This document shows, piece by piece, positions 1 through 7,160 of a DNA stretch of 12,739 nt. The position numbers were made by a program, and so were the translations under genes. Below the pieces are notes generated by a model. The model was not told the origin of the DNA. It saw nothing but the letters and a program-made list of their open reading frames with translations, and ran no database searches. The stretch's first letter is position 1, and each line of letters starts with the position of its first letter. Where the stretch lies: IMG/VR virus record IMGVR_UViG_3300032038_000051, positions 1 to 12,739 of that record; one strand, written 5' to 3'. The stretch comes from a virus (taxonomy: Duplodnaviria; Heunggongvirae; Uroviricota; Caudoviricetes).

Positions 1-1
1 C

Positions 2-262
2 CCGCTCTACATAGGCTTCCACGGCGGGCTCATGTACGGCACCAACGTCGGCGGCTCCACCACCGCGGGCGCCTGCGACGGGCACTACACGAACAAGCTC
101 GCGACCACCGGGGACAGGGAATGGCTTTCCTCGGGCGTCCTGTGGGGCTCCCGCAACGCCGGCCCTGCCTACGTCTACGGCGACTACGGGCTGGGCTCGG
201 GGAACTGGAGCATCTGGTCGCGGCTCTCTGGGGCTGGTCGGGGATTCGGGGGTGAATCGTAG
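2..262 (+). CDS. DGR target protein, C-terminal part (5'-truncated by window); probable CLec-fold receptor-binding/tail protein
   Basis: Frame 2 is open from the window edge (PLYIGFHGGLMYGTNVGGSTTAGACDGHY...REWLSSGVLWGSRNAGPAYVYGDYGLGSGNWSIWSRLSG...ES*). The last ~45 codons hold the VR. Tail-protein function is inferred from its position upstream of the lysis genes. Confidence 0.85.
   Translation, partial: PLYIGFHGGLMYGTNVGGSTTAGACDGHYTNKLATTGDREWLSSGVLWGSRNAGPAYVYGDYGLGSGNWSIWSRLSGAGRGFGGES
121..231 (+). repeat. DGR variable repeat (VR)
   Basis: Ungapped 111-nt match to 354-464 (offset 233). 14 mismatches (126,127,137,138,143,146,147,176,182,185,197,210,225,226), every one opposite an A in TR. 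Confidence 0.97.
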
Positions 263-274
263 CGAAGCGGAGAG

Positions 275-292
275 AGGGGGCGTAAGCCCCCT
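275..292 (+). other. DGR target-recognition hairpin/cruciform downstream of VR
   Basis: AGGGGGC-GTAA-GCCCCCT: perfect 7-bp GC-rich stem with 4-nt loop, 12 nt after the target stop codon, where DGR cruciforms usually lie. Confidence 0.8.
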
Positions 293-353
293 TGGTCCTC
301 CAAGGAACATACAACCGACGAAACTATCACTTTGGGGATTCGTGACGAGACCG

Positions 354-464
354 ATGGCAATCCTCGGGCAACCTGAGGAACTCCCGCAACGCCGGCCCTG
401 CCTACGTCAACGGCAACAACGGGCTGGGCACGGGGAACTGGAACATCTGGTCGCGGCAATCTGG
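354..464 (+). ncRNA. DGR template repeat (TR), part of the DGR RNA
   Basis: AAC-rich copy of the VR with 25 adenines. In the target frame the A-containing codons are 8 AAC, 2 CAA, AGG, TAC, ACG and ATC. Lies between target gene and RT. Confidence 0.97.
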
Positions 465-623
465 TTTGGCAATCTCAAGAGCACGACCGTCACGACTACC
501 TCGCGCGCGCCAGAGCGCGACGGGGCATGCCCGCTTAACCAAGCGAAATGGCCTCAAGACCACCGGGCTAGTAAGCGCATGCGGAAAACTCGGAAGGCAA
601 ACCAGAGATTGGGTCCATGGTCA

Positions 624-1673
624 ATGAAAACCTACCTAAGGAACTACGAGGTGTCCCGCACGGACGTCTGGGCGGCGCTTGCCGCGTGGAGGTCCGGCGA
701 GTCGGGGCACAAGAACGGCCACAGGGTGGCCGAGGAGTACGGCACCGACGCCGCGCTCGTCGAGGAGATATACGAGGAGATGCGTGGCCGCAGGCTGACG
801 TTCAGGCCCATACGCCGCTACAGGCGCATGGAGCCGACCAACGGCAAGGTCCGCACCATAGGCGTCGAGTCGGTCAAGCAGCAGGTCTGCGACTACCTCG
901 TGACGACGCTGCTCGCCGACCTCTACGACGCGAGGCTCGGCTTCTACCAGGTGGCGTCCGTCAGGGACAAGGGGCAGCGCCTCTGTCGCGGGGCGCTCAG
1001 GAGGTGGGTGCGCGAGGGAGGCTACCACGTCAAGCTCGACGTGCGCAAGTGCTACCCGTCCACCCGCAAGGACGTCGCGATGGCCGTGTACACCAAGTAC
1101 GTGGGGAGCGAGGACGTCCTCTACGTCATATCCGCCATCCTCGGGACCTACGGTCGCGGGCTGGAGATAGGGAGCCTCTTCTCGCTGAGGACGATGCAGC
1201 TCGTCCTCTCCTTCGGCTACCACCACGTCGAGTCGCTCCACAAGGAGCGCCGCGGCAGGATGGTCCGCCTCGTGGCCCACCAGATATGGCACATGGACGA
1301 CGTGCTGCTCACCGGCCCGAGCAAGCGCGACCTGAAGATGGCCGTGCGCAGCCTCGAGCGCTACCTGTCGTCGGAGTTCGGGCTGACGCTCAAGCCGTGG
1401 AAGGTCGCCCGCACCTGCGACGCCGAGCCGCTGGACCTCGGCGGCTGGGTCGTGAGGGAGCGCCGGGCGACCATCAGGGGCGCGACGTTCCTGCGCGGCA
1501 TGAGGTCGTTCCGCGACTTCGAGAGGCGACCCACCGTCGGCAAGGCGAGGAGGTGCACGGCCTACTGGGGATGGTTCGCCAACGGCGACAACGGCGGGGT
1601 GATGCACCGCAACCACATGGGCAGCACGTTCGCGCACGCGAGGTCGCTCGTGTCGAGGGCCGAGAGGCCGTAG
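624..1673 (+). CDS. DGR reverse transcriptase (~349 aa)
   Basis: RT motifs GKVRTIGV, YHVKLDVRKCYPS, GLEIGSLFS, WHMDDVLL, GLTLK, LDLGGW. ATG 624 chosen because the extension to 252 runs over the TR. Adjacent to a TR/VR pair. Confidence 0.93.
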   Translation: MKTYLRNYEVSRTDVWAALAAWRSGESGHKNGHRVAEEYGTDAALVEEIYEEMRGRRLTFRPIRRYRRMEPTNGKVRTIGVESVKQQVCDYLVTTLLADLYDARLGFYQVASVRDKGQRLCRGALRRWVREGGYHVKLDVRKCYPSTRKDVAMAVYTKYVGSEDVLYVISAILGTYGRGLEIGSLFSLRTMQLVLSFGYHHVESLHKERRGRMVRLVAHQIWHMDDVLLTGPSKRDLKMAVRSLERYLSSEFGLTLKPWKVARTCDAEPLDLGGWVVRERRATIRGATFLRGMRSFRDFERRPTVGKARRCTAYWGWFANGDNGGVMHRNHMGSTFAHARSLVSRAERP

Positions 1674-1698
1674 CGAGGACAAAGAACAACAGCACCAC

Positions 1699-1737
1699 CG
1701 AAGGCCCGTCCCGTACGCCGCGCGGGGCGGGCCTTCG
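1699..1737 (+). terminator. Strong hairpin after RT (possible terminator lacking a U-tract)
   Basis: CGAAGGCCCGTCCCG (1699-1713) pairs with CGGGGCGGGCCTTCG (1723-1737): 15 bp with one G-U. Confidence 0.5.
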
Positions 1738-1791
1738 CATATCGAGAGCGCGGCGGATTGCGAGGCATCAGATGGTCAAGGGGGTCACCTA

Positions 1792-2205
1792 GTGAACGAG
1801 ATGGCTTTCCAGCTGCTGGCCGCCGGGGCGTTCGAGCTGGTCGCGATACCCGTGATCGTCTCCATCATCAAGCGCTTCATCGGCAAGCGCATGGACGAGA
1901 TGGACGAGAAGCGGGACGAGGCGCGCAAGGAGCGCAAGGAGCAGCACGAGGAGGACAGGGCGTGGCGCGAAGGCATGACGGCGGGCATGAGGTCGCTGCT
2001 TCGCGCCGAGATCATCGGCGAGCACCGCCGCGCGATGGAGCGCGGGGGAGTCTCGCTCGAGTCGAAGGAGTACCTGACGCGGGTGCACGCCGCCTACAAG
2101 GGCGTCGGGGGCAACGACATGGGGGACGCGCTGTACGAGGAGGTAATGAGCCTCCCGACGCGCTCGAGAGAGAGGAACACCAATGCTGAGCAGGGAGTGG
2201 CTTAG
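1792..2205 (+). CDS. Phage membrane protein of the lysis module (holin-associated hypothetical)
   Basis: N-terminal hydrophobic helix, charged coiled segment, C-terminal LLRAEI...AYKGVGGND...LYEEVMSLP pattern that I recall upstream of holins in Gram-positive phages. Confidence 0.7.
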   Translation: MNEMAFQLLAAGAFELVAIPVIVSIIKRFIGKRMDEMDEKRDEARKERKEQHEEDRAWREGMTAGMRSLLRAEIIGEHRRAMERGGVSLESKEYLTRVHAAYKGVGGNDMGDALYEEVMSLPTRSRERNTNAEQGVA

Positions 2206-2386
2206 GGCGGCGGGGATACGCGCCGTGAAGACGATGGCGCAGACCGCGGTCGCGCTCATCGGGACGAACGCCATCGGCATCACCGAGGTCAACTGGATAG
2301 GCGTGGCCTCGGGCGCCGCGCTGGCGGGGGTGGTGTCGATGCTCACGAGCGTCGCCGGCCTGCCGGAGGTGGGCGATGGCGAATAG
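2183..2386 (+). CDS. Holin (phage r1t holin-like)
   Basis: 67 aa, WLRAAGIRAVKTMAQTAVALIG...VNWIGVASGAALAGVVSMLTSVAGLPEV, two hydrophobic segments, overlaps the endolysin start. Confidence 0.9.
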   Translation: MLSREWLRAAGIRAVKTMAQTAVALIGTNAIGITEVNWIGVASGAALAGVVSMLTSVAGLPEVGDGE

Positions 2387-3977
2387 GAGGCTCGTCCTGG
2401 ACGTCTCGCACTGCGACAGGGGCATCGACCTCGCCAGGTGGCGCGACAGGCACGGCGTGTGGGGCGTCATCGTCAAGTGCGGCGGGTACGAGGTCCTGGA
2501 GGAGGGCGGCTACCCCGTCCAGTACAGGCACAGGGACTACGACACGCACTACGCCAACGCCAAGGCGGCGGGCCTGCACGTCGGCGTCTACTACTACTCG
2601 ATTGCCACGGACGTCGCCGCCGCGAGGCGCAACGCCGACCACTGCGCGTCGCTCCTCAAGGGCCGCGACCTCGACCTGCCCGTCTACCTCGACGTCGAGG
2701 ACAAGGGGCAGCTGAGGATCGGGAGGCGCGCCCTCACCGACGTCGTCGCGGCGTTCTGCGACCGCATGCGCGAGCTCGGCCACCTCGCGGGCGTCTACAC
2801 CTACCGCTCGATGTTCCACGGCTACATGCGCCCCACCGAGCTGCTGCGCTACCCGCTGTGGCTCGCGGAGTACAGCGACCGCTGCCGCACCGAGTACCCG
2901 CACGGCATGTGGCAGTTCGGCTGCATGAGGCTGTCAGACGGCGACGTGAGCTGGGACGACGTGGCGGGGTACGTCGACGCCAACTGGCTCTACACGGACT
3001 ACACGACCCAGAACAAGGGGGCTAACATGACCAAGAGGGAGGCGGTCCTCGCCAAGGTGAGGTCGCAGCTGGGGGTCAGGTACTACTCGATGCACGAGGG
3101 GCCGAGGGGGTCCGCCGTCGAGGGCTGGGGGTGCGCCATGCTGTGCGCGTGGTGCTACGACCAGGTCCTCGGCACGGCCTACTACGGCTCCTGCTACAAC
3201 TTCGCGGGCGACGCGCTCGGCCAGTCCGTCAACCACGGCGGGGGCCAGTGGCGCTTCGTGGACGACCCGCTGCCCGGCGACCTCGTGATCTACATAGCCG
3301 AGGGCTACAACGGCCTCGACTACGACGACTACGGGCACATCGCCATGTACGTCGGCGACGGCAAGGTCATCGGCGCGTGGGGCGTCGGCAAGCCGGGGCA
3401 GGCGGGGTACAAGCCGCTGCTGGGCGTCGCCGAGACCACGATAGCCTACCAGTCGCTCGGCAACGGCTGGCGCTTCCTGCGCAACACCCGCATCGACGAG
3501 CCCGACCCAGAGCCGGAGCCTGAGCCCAAGCCCGAGCCCAAGCCAAAGCAGAAGGTCCCCAAGGCCGCGAAGGGCGGGGTGTACCGCCTCTACGACGGCT
3601 CCACGGGCGACCACTTCTTCACCACCGGCAGGGGGGAGGCCCAGGCGGCGGCGGACGCGACGTACACATACGAGCAGGTCGCGTGGACGGCGCCCGACAA
3701 GGGCGACGCCGTGTACCGGCTCTACGATCCCAAGACGGGCGAGCACATCTACACGAGGAACGCCGTCGAGCGCGGCTCCCTGAAGGCGCACAAGTGGCGC
3801 GACGAGGGCGTGGCGTTCAGGTCCGGCGGCAAGGTGCCCGTGTACCGGCTGTTCCACGAGAGGGGCGACGGCCCGAGCGTGGGAAAGCACATCTTCACCA
3901 AGGACAAGGCGGAGCGCTCGGCGCTCCTCAAGTCCGGCTGGAAGGACGAGGGAGTGGCCTTCTACGCCACCAAGTAG
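2376..3977 (+). CDS. Modular endolysin: GH25 muramidase + NlpC/P60-like peptidase + Pro-Glu/Lys linker + DUF5648-like repeats
   Basis: LDVSH...GVIVKC...GVYYYS...PVYLDVED...LWLAEY...MWQF...VDAN (GH25); GWGCAMLC...GHIAMYVGDGKVIGA (Cys/His peptidase); EPDPEPEPEPKPEPKP linker; three VYRL(Y/F)...H(F/I)(F/Y)T repeats with W.DEGVAF. Confidence 0.92.
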   Translation: MANRRLVLDVSHCDRGIDLARWRDRHGVWGVIVKCGGYEVLEEGGYPVQYRHRDYDTHYANAKAAGLHVGVYYYSIATDVAAARRNADHCASLLKGRDLDLPVYLDVEDKGQLRIGRRALTDVVAAFCDRMRELGHLAGVYTYRSMFHGYMRPTELLRYPLWLAEYSDRCRTEYPHGMWQFGCMRLSDGDVSWDDVAGYVDANWLYTDYTTQNKGANMTKREAVLAKVRSQLGVRYYSMHEGPRGSAVEGWGCAMLCAWCYDQVLGTAYYGSCYNFAGDALGQSVNHGGGQWRFVDDPLPGDLVIYIAEGYNGLDYDDYGHIAMYVGDGKVIGAWGVGKPGQAGYKPLLGVAETTIAYQSLGNGWRFLRNTRIDEPDPEPEPEPKPEPKPKQKVPKAAKGGVYRLYDGSTGDHFFTTGRGEAQAAADATYTYEQVAWTAPDKGDAVYRLYDPKTGEHIYTRNAVERGSLKAHKWRDEGVAFRSGGKVPVYRLFHERGDGPSVGKHIFTKDKAERSALLKSGWKDEGVAFYATK

Positions 3978-3984
3978 CCACGAC

Positions 3985-4021
3985 GGCCCCATCCGCATCG
4001 CGCGGGTGGGGCCCTTTTTTC
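3985..4021 (+). terminator. Rho-independent terminator of the late/lysis transcript
   Basis: GGCCCCATCCGC-ATCGC-GCGGGTGGGGCC (12 bp, one G-U) followed by CTTTTTTT. Confidence 0.85.
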
Positions 4022-4036
4022 ATATGCCGGCCATCC

Positions 4037-5563
4037 TCACGCCGCGCGGGAGAACACGAGGTAGACGCACCCGTTCAAAAAGGCGAACCCGGACTCGCCG
4101 GGTTCGCACAACTTGAGTTTGGTAGGCCAAACCTTTTCTTGTGCGAACTCTCGGGACAGCTCGAACCGCGCCGGGTCCTCGAAACCCCCATAGTTGAGCA
4201 CGACCACGACCTCGTCGTCGCCGACCTGCACCTGCCACACGAAGGCGTCGAGCAGCTCCCTGTCGGACATCGACACGCCGGCGGAGAGGAAGTCCGCGAA
4301 CCCCTCGACGTCGAGCGCCGCCTCCTCGGATATGCGCGCCACCTCGTTCTCGGCGGTCGCCTTGGCGAGCCTGAGCTCGGCCAGCCGCCCCGACACCTCG
4401 GCGTAGGGCATGCCGTCCTCGACCGCCCGCATGACGTTCTCGATCCTCCTCTCCGCCTCCGACAGCCTCGACCTGGCCGCGGACAGCATCGCGTCGACGC
4501 GCTCGGTGGTCATCGACTCGGCGACGTCGCGCGCGATCTCCAGGGTGGTGGCCCTGCTCGACAGCATCCGCCTCAGCTCCGCGACCACCGCCGGCTCTAT
4601 CCAGTCCGCCCTGACCGGCTTGCACCCGCACCTCTTGGAGCACCGGTAGTACGAGTACTTCACGCCCCCGTGCCCCCTGCCGGAGACGCCCACGAGGTTG
4701 CTCCCGCACCCGAGGCACACGCCCTTGCCAGCGAAGGCGTAGTCGCCCCAGTCCTCCGTCTCCCTGCGCTTCCTCGCCGGCCTCCTCGAGCCCATCTCGA
4801 ACTCCTCCCTCGTGAGTATGGCGGGCATCCCGCCCTCGACCCTCGTGTCGCCGAAGCTGTAGACGCCGACGTACTTCTCGTTCCTCAGCATGCCGGCGAC
4901 CATCGAGTGGCTGCACGGCCTGTGGTGCGACGTCTCGACGCCGCGCCTCGCGAGGTCGGCGGCTATCGAGTTCGCCGACTCGCCCGCGGCCCTCCTGGCG
5001 AAGACCTCCCTCACGACCTCGGCCTCCTCCGGGTCGACCTCGTACGTGCCGTCCTCGGCGAAGCGGTAGCCGTACACCCGCACGCCGTTGTGCATGCACT
5101 TGAGCGCGTTGCCCCGCATCCCGCGCCTGACCCTCTGCGCTATGTGGGCGCTCTCGACCGCCGCGACGCCCTCGTAGACCTTCTCGAGCAGGATCGCCTC
5201 CGGGCCGTCCGGCATGGACTCCGTGGCCGACACGACCCTGCACCCGGCGTCGCGCAGCCGCTTCTTGTAGACCGGCGCGTCGTATGGGTCGCGGCTGAAC
5301 CGGTCCATCATGTAGACCACCGCGACCTCGGCCTCCCCGGCGTTGTCGACCATCCGCTGGAACTGCGGCCTGTCGTCGGACCTGCCCGACCTCGCGAAGT
5401 CGGAGTACGTCCCGACGACCCGGTAGCCGTTGGCCGTGCACCACTCCGTGCAGGCCCTGAGCTGGTCCTCTATCGACGCCTCGCGCTGCTTCGAGCAGCT
5501 GAACCTGGCGTATATCACGGCGGTCCCCGGCGGCGGCGACCCCCTCCTGGCCCTCCTTCTCAC
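4037..5563 (-). CDS. Large serine recombinase (phage integrase)
   Basis: VIYARFS (catalytic Ser), SGRSDDRPQF, DRFSR, recombinase domain YGYR, Zn ribbon CLGCG...YYRCSKRCG, coiled coil. GTG start with AGGGGG upstream. Confidence 0.95.
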   Translation of the reverse strand: MRRRARRGSPPPGTAVIYARFSCSKQREASIEDQLRACTEWCTANGYRVVGTYSDFARSGRSDDRPQFQRMVDNAGEAEVAVVYMMDRFSRDPYDAPVYKKRLRDAGCRVVSATESMPDGPEAILLEKVYEGVAAVESAHIAQRVRRGMRGNALKCMHNGVRVYGYRFAEDGTYEVDPEEAEVVREVFARRAAGESANSIAADLARRGVETSHHRPCSHSMVAGMLRNEKYVGVYSFGDTRVEGGMPAILTREEFEMGSRRPARKRRETEDWGDYAFAGKGVCLGCGSNLVGVSGRGHGGVKYSYYRCSKRCGCKPVRADWIEPAVVAELRRMLSSRATTLEIARDVAESMTTERVDAMLSAARSRLSEAERRIENVMRAVEDGMPYAEVSGRLAELRLAKATAENEVARISEEAALDVEGFADFLSAGVSMSDRELLDAFVWQVQVGDDEVVVVLNYGGFEDPARFELSREFAQEKVWPTKLKLCEPGESGFAFLNGCVYLVFSRAA

Positions 5564-5607
5564 GGCGTCCCCCTAACGGTTAGACAATTGATGTGACATG
5601 GTACGAA

Positions 5608-5877
5608 CTATGATGTCAGCTGGTTGACGTCCTTATCGTCCAGGAGCCTCACGGCGATGCCATAGGCGGACGAGACGAACATCCCCTCGCCGTCCCGCGA
5701 CGACCCGAGCCGTTCGTCGGGCATCGACGCGAGCCTCCTCGTCCTCTCGCCGAAGTCCGGGACCTCGAGGTACGTCGCGCTCCTCCTGACGCAGACGAAG
5801 CACGCCCAGCCGCCCCTGATCCTGCCGGGCTTGGCCTCCGGGGACCTCTTCCTCCCGCATATCGCGCATGTGTCCAT
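5608..5877 (-). CDS. Small hypothetical protein with CxxC...CxxC (possible Zn finger), 89 aa
   Basis: GAGAGGA RBS before ATG, high-GC3 codons, CAIC and CFVC motifs, co-oriented with the integrase. Confidence 0.65.
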   Translation of the reverse strand: MDTCAICGRKRSPEAKPGRIRGGWACFVCVRRSATYLEVPDFGERTRRLASMPDERLGSSRDGEGMFVSSAYGIAVRLLDDKDVNQLTS

Positions 5878-6092
5878 GTGACGTCCTCTCCACGATGCCC
5901 GCCAGAGCTACTGAGAGCGATTCTGACGGGACTTCTCGCCACCTCCGGTGCAGTTGGCCGTCCTGCGTTGGCGATGGCCGCAGAACGCCCGAGGGCCGCT
6001 TTCGGCGAAATCCGACGAAAGGGTTTTTTCTTGTCTTGGTCTTCTTTCCTTTGTTTTCTTCGCTTTGTCTTCTTCTCTTTTTATTCTTAGTT

Positions 6093-6222
6093 GCGGGTTT
6101 TCCGCTGCGGAAAACCCGCTGCGGAAAACCCGCTGCGGAAAACCCGCTGCGGAAAACCCGCTGCGGAAAACCCGCTGCGGAAAACCCGCTGCGGAAAACC
6201 CGCTGCGGAAAACCCGCTGCGG
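6093..6222. repeat. 14-bp tandem repeat (CCCGCTGCGGAAAA) x ~8.7, preceded by one inverted unit
   Basis: Units start at 6101 (C>T in first base), 6115, 6129, 6143, 6157, 6171, 6185, 6199, partial 6213-6222. 6093-6105 GCGGGTTTTCCGC is the reverse complement of 6107-6119. Confidence 0.95.
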
Positions 6223-6272
6223 TGACGGCGGTGTGGGGTGGGTATCGGAGCGGCGACGGCTGGGTATAAGCC

Positions 6273-6644
6273 CTATCCCGCCACCGACTCCGCGAGCGCC
6301 GTGACCATCACCAGGACGACGTCGCGGCGGACGGGGTCGAGCGATCGGTAGGACCGGAGCAGGGAGACCTCGTCGGAGGTCATCGCGCCAAGCTCGCACT
6401 CTTCGTCCGCGTCAAGCTCGGAGAAGGCGGTCCCGAGTATCGTGTCGGTAGACACACCGAGAATCCTGCTGAGGCGTACGACCTGCTGCGCCGATATCGA
6501 CCTGGCGCCCTGCTCCCACTTTTGATATGCAGAAAGTGAGATTCCGAGAGCTCCTGCAACGTCCGTCTGTGTCAGCTGGGTAAATGTCTCCCGAGCTCTT
6601 TTCAATGCGGAATCCATCATCACTCCGTTCGTCTCGTGCGTCAT
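6273..6644 (-). CDS. XRE-family HTH repressor (cI-like); start may be 6644, 6620 or 6617
   Basis: LKRARE...LTQTDVAGALGISLSAYQKWEQG.R.I...VVRLSRILGVSTDTILG, C-terminal DEVSLLRSYRSLD. Divergent from the Cro-like gene, co-oriented with the integrase. Confidence 0.9.
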   Translation of the reverse strand: MTHETNGVMMDSALKRARETFTQLTQTDVAGALGISLSAYQKWEQGARSISAQQVVRLSRILGVSTDTILGTAFSELDADEECELGAMTSDEVSLLRSYRSLDPVRRDVVLVMVTALAESVAG

Positions 6645-6653
6645 TGTGTGTAT

Positions 6654-6722
6654 ATAGTAGCACAATCTGTGCGAGATTTTTTGAAAATAGTTCTTGCAAA
6701 GTAGCACAGGGGGTGCTACATT
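6654..6722. promoter_or_regulatory. Divergent promoters and two operators of the lysis/lysogeny switch
   Basis: Rightward TTGCAA (6694-6699)-17 nt-TACATT (6717-6722) with extended TG. Leftward extended -10 TGcTACTAT (minus strand, TACTAT at 6659-6654). Operators GTAGCAC-N5-GTGCTAC (6701-6719, perfect) and GTAGCAC-N5-GTGCgag (6657-6675). Confidence 0.8.
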
Positions 6723-6764
6723 ATTCCCAGAGCGGTCACCCACAGGGTGCGAGTTGGAGGAAGA

Positions 6765-7001
6765 ATGAGTGCAGTGAATAACAACATCATAGCCGAGAGA
6801 AAGCGCCTTGGAATGTCGCAGGAGGAGCTCGGGAGGATCTTGGGGAGGGACCGTTCCGCCATCAGCAGGATGGAGCGTAACCCGATGTCGCTCACCGGCG
6901 ACATGATAGCGAGGCTATCAGACATCTTCTGCTGCTCGTCCGACTATCTGCTCGGTCTTACCGACGAGAGGGTCCCCAGACACTCGGTTGTGGCTACGTA
7001 A
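6765..7001 (+). CDS. Cro-like XRE-family HTH protein (78 aa)
   Basis: GGAGG RBS at 6756-6760; IIAERKRLGMSQEELGRILGRDRSAISRMERN...LSDIFCCSSDYLLGLTD. Confidence 0.9.
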   Translation: MSAVNNNIIAERKRLGMSQEELGRILGRDRSAISRMERNPMSLTGDMIARLSDIFCCSSDYLLGLTDERVPRHSVVAT

Positions 7002-7084
7002 TGACGCCAAACACCATACCGGGCCTCGCGATGCTCGCCCTAATAGCGATCATGGTCGCGAGCGACAGACACTTTAAGTTTTAG
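7001..7084 (+). CDS. 27-aa hydrophobic peptide MTPNTIPGLAMLALIAIMVASDRHFKF (not in the ORF track)
   Basis: TAATG overlap with the cro stop (translational coupling), one TM-like stretch. CRISPR spacer 8 encodes a near-synonymous homologous segment, supporting coding constraint. Confidence 0.65.
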   Translation: MTPNTIPGLAMLALIAIMVASDRHFKF

Positions 7085-7160
7085 ATTCACGCACGTTAAA
7101 CCAATCTTCAAAAGACCCCCGACGCGGGGTCCGGCGAAGCCTTGCAAAAAGGAGCCGAGC

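Noticed and set aside
240-342. 9-nt direct repeat GGGGATTCG (240-248 and 334-342) as an extension of VR/TR homology
   Set aside because: It is not in the VR/TR register (offset 94 rather than 233) and is too short to interpret.
252-623. 124-codon N-terminal extension of the RT ORF
   Set aside because: It overlaps the target stop, hairpin and TR, has no RT-like content, and open frames are common at this GC level; ATG 624 is preferred.
4408-4417. Spacer 9 match to the integrase region (GCATGCCGTC)
   Set aside because: Only 10 nt and the rest does not align; expected by chance in GC-rich DNA.
617-5596. Long alternative-frame and antisense ORFs (617..1792, 636..1682, 2934..3998, 3683..5596, 4020..5444; likewise 8955..10469)
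   Set aside because: Shadow ORFs of real high-GC genes; Arg/Gly/Pro-rich with no motifs.
5908-6399. 163-aa minus-strand ORF as a replication initiator (ENPQ motif)
   Set aside because: No RBS, overlaps the repressor, and the 14-bp unit is not a multiple of 3, so the peptide repeat is a by-product.
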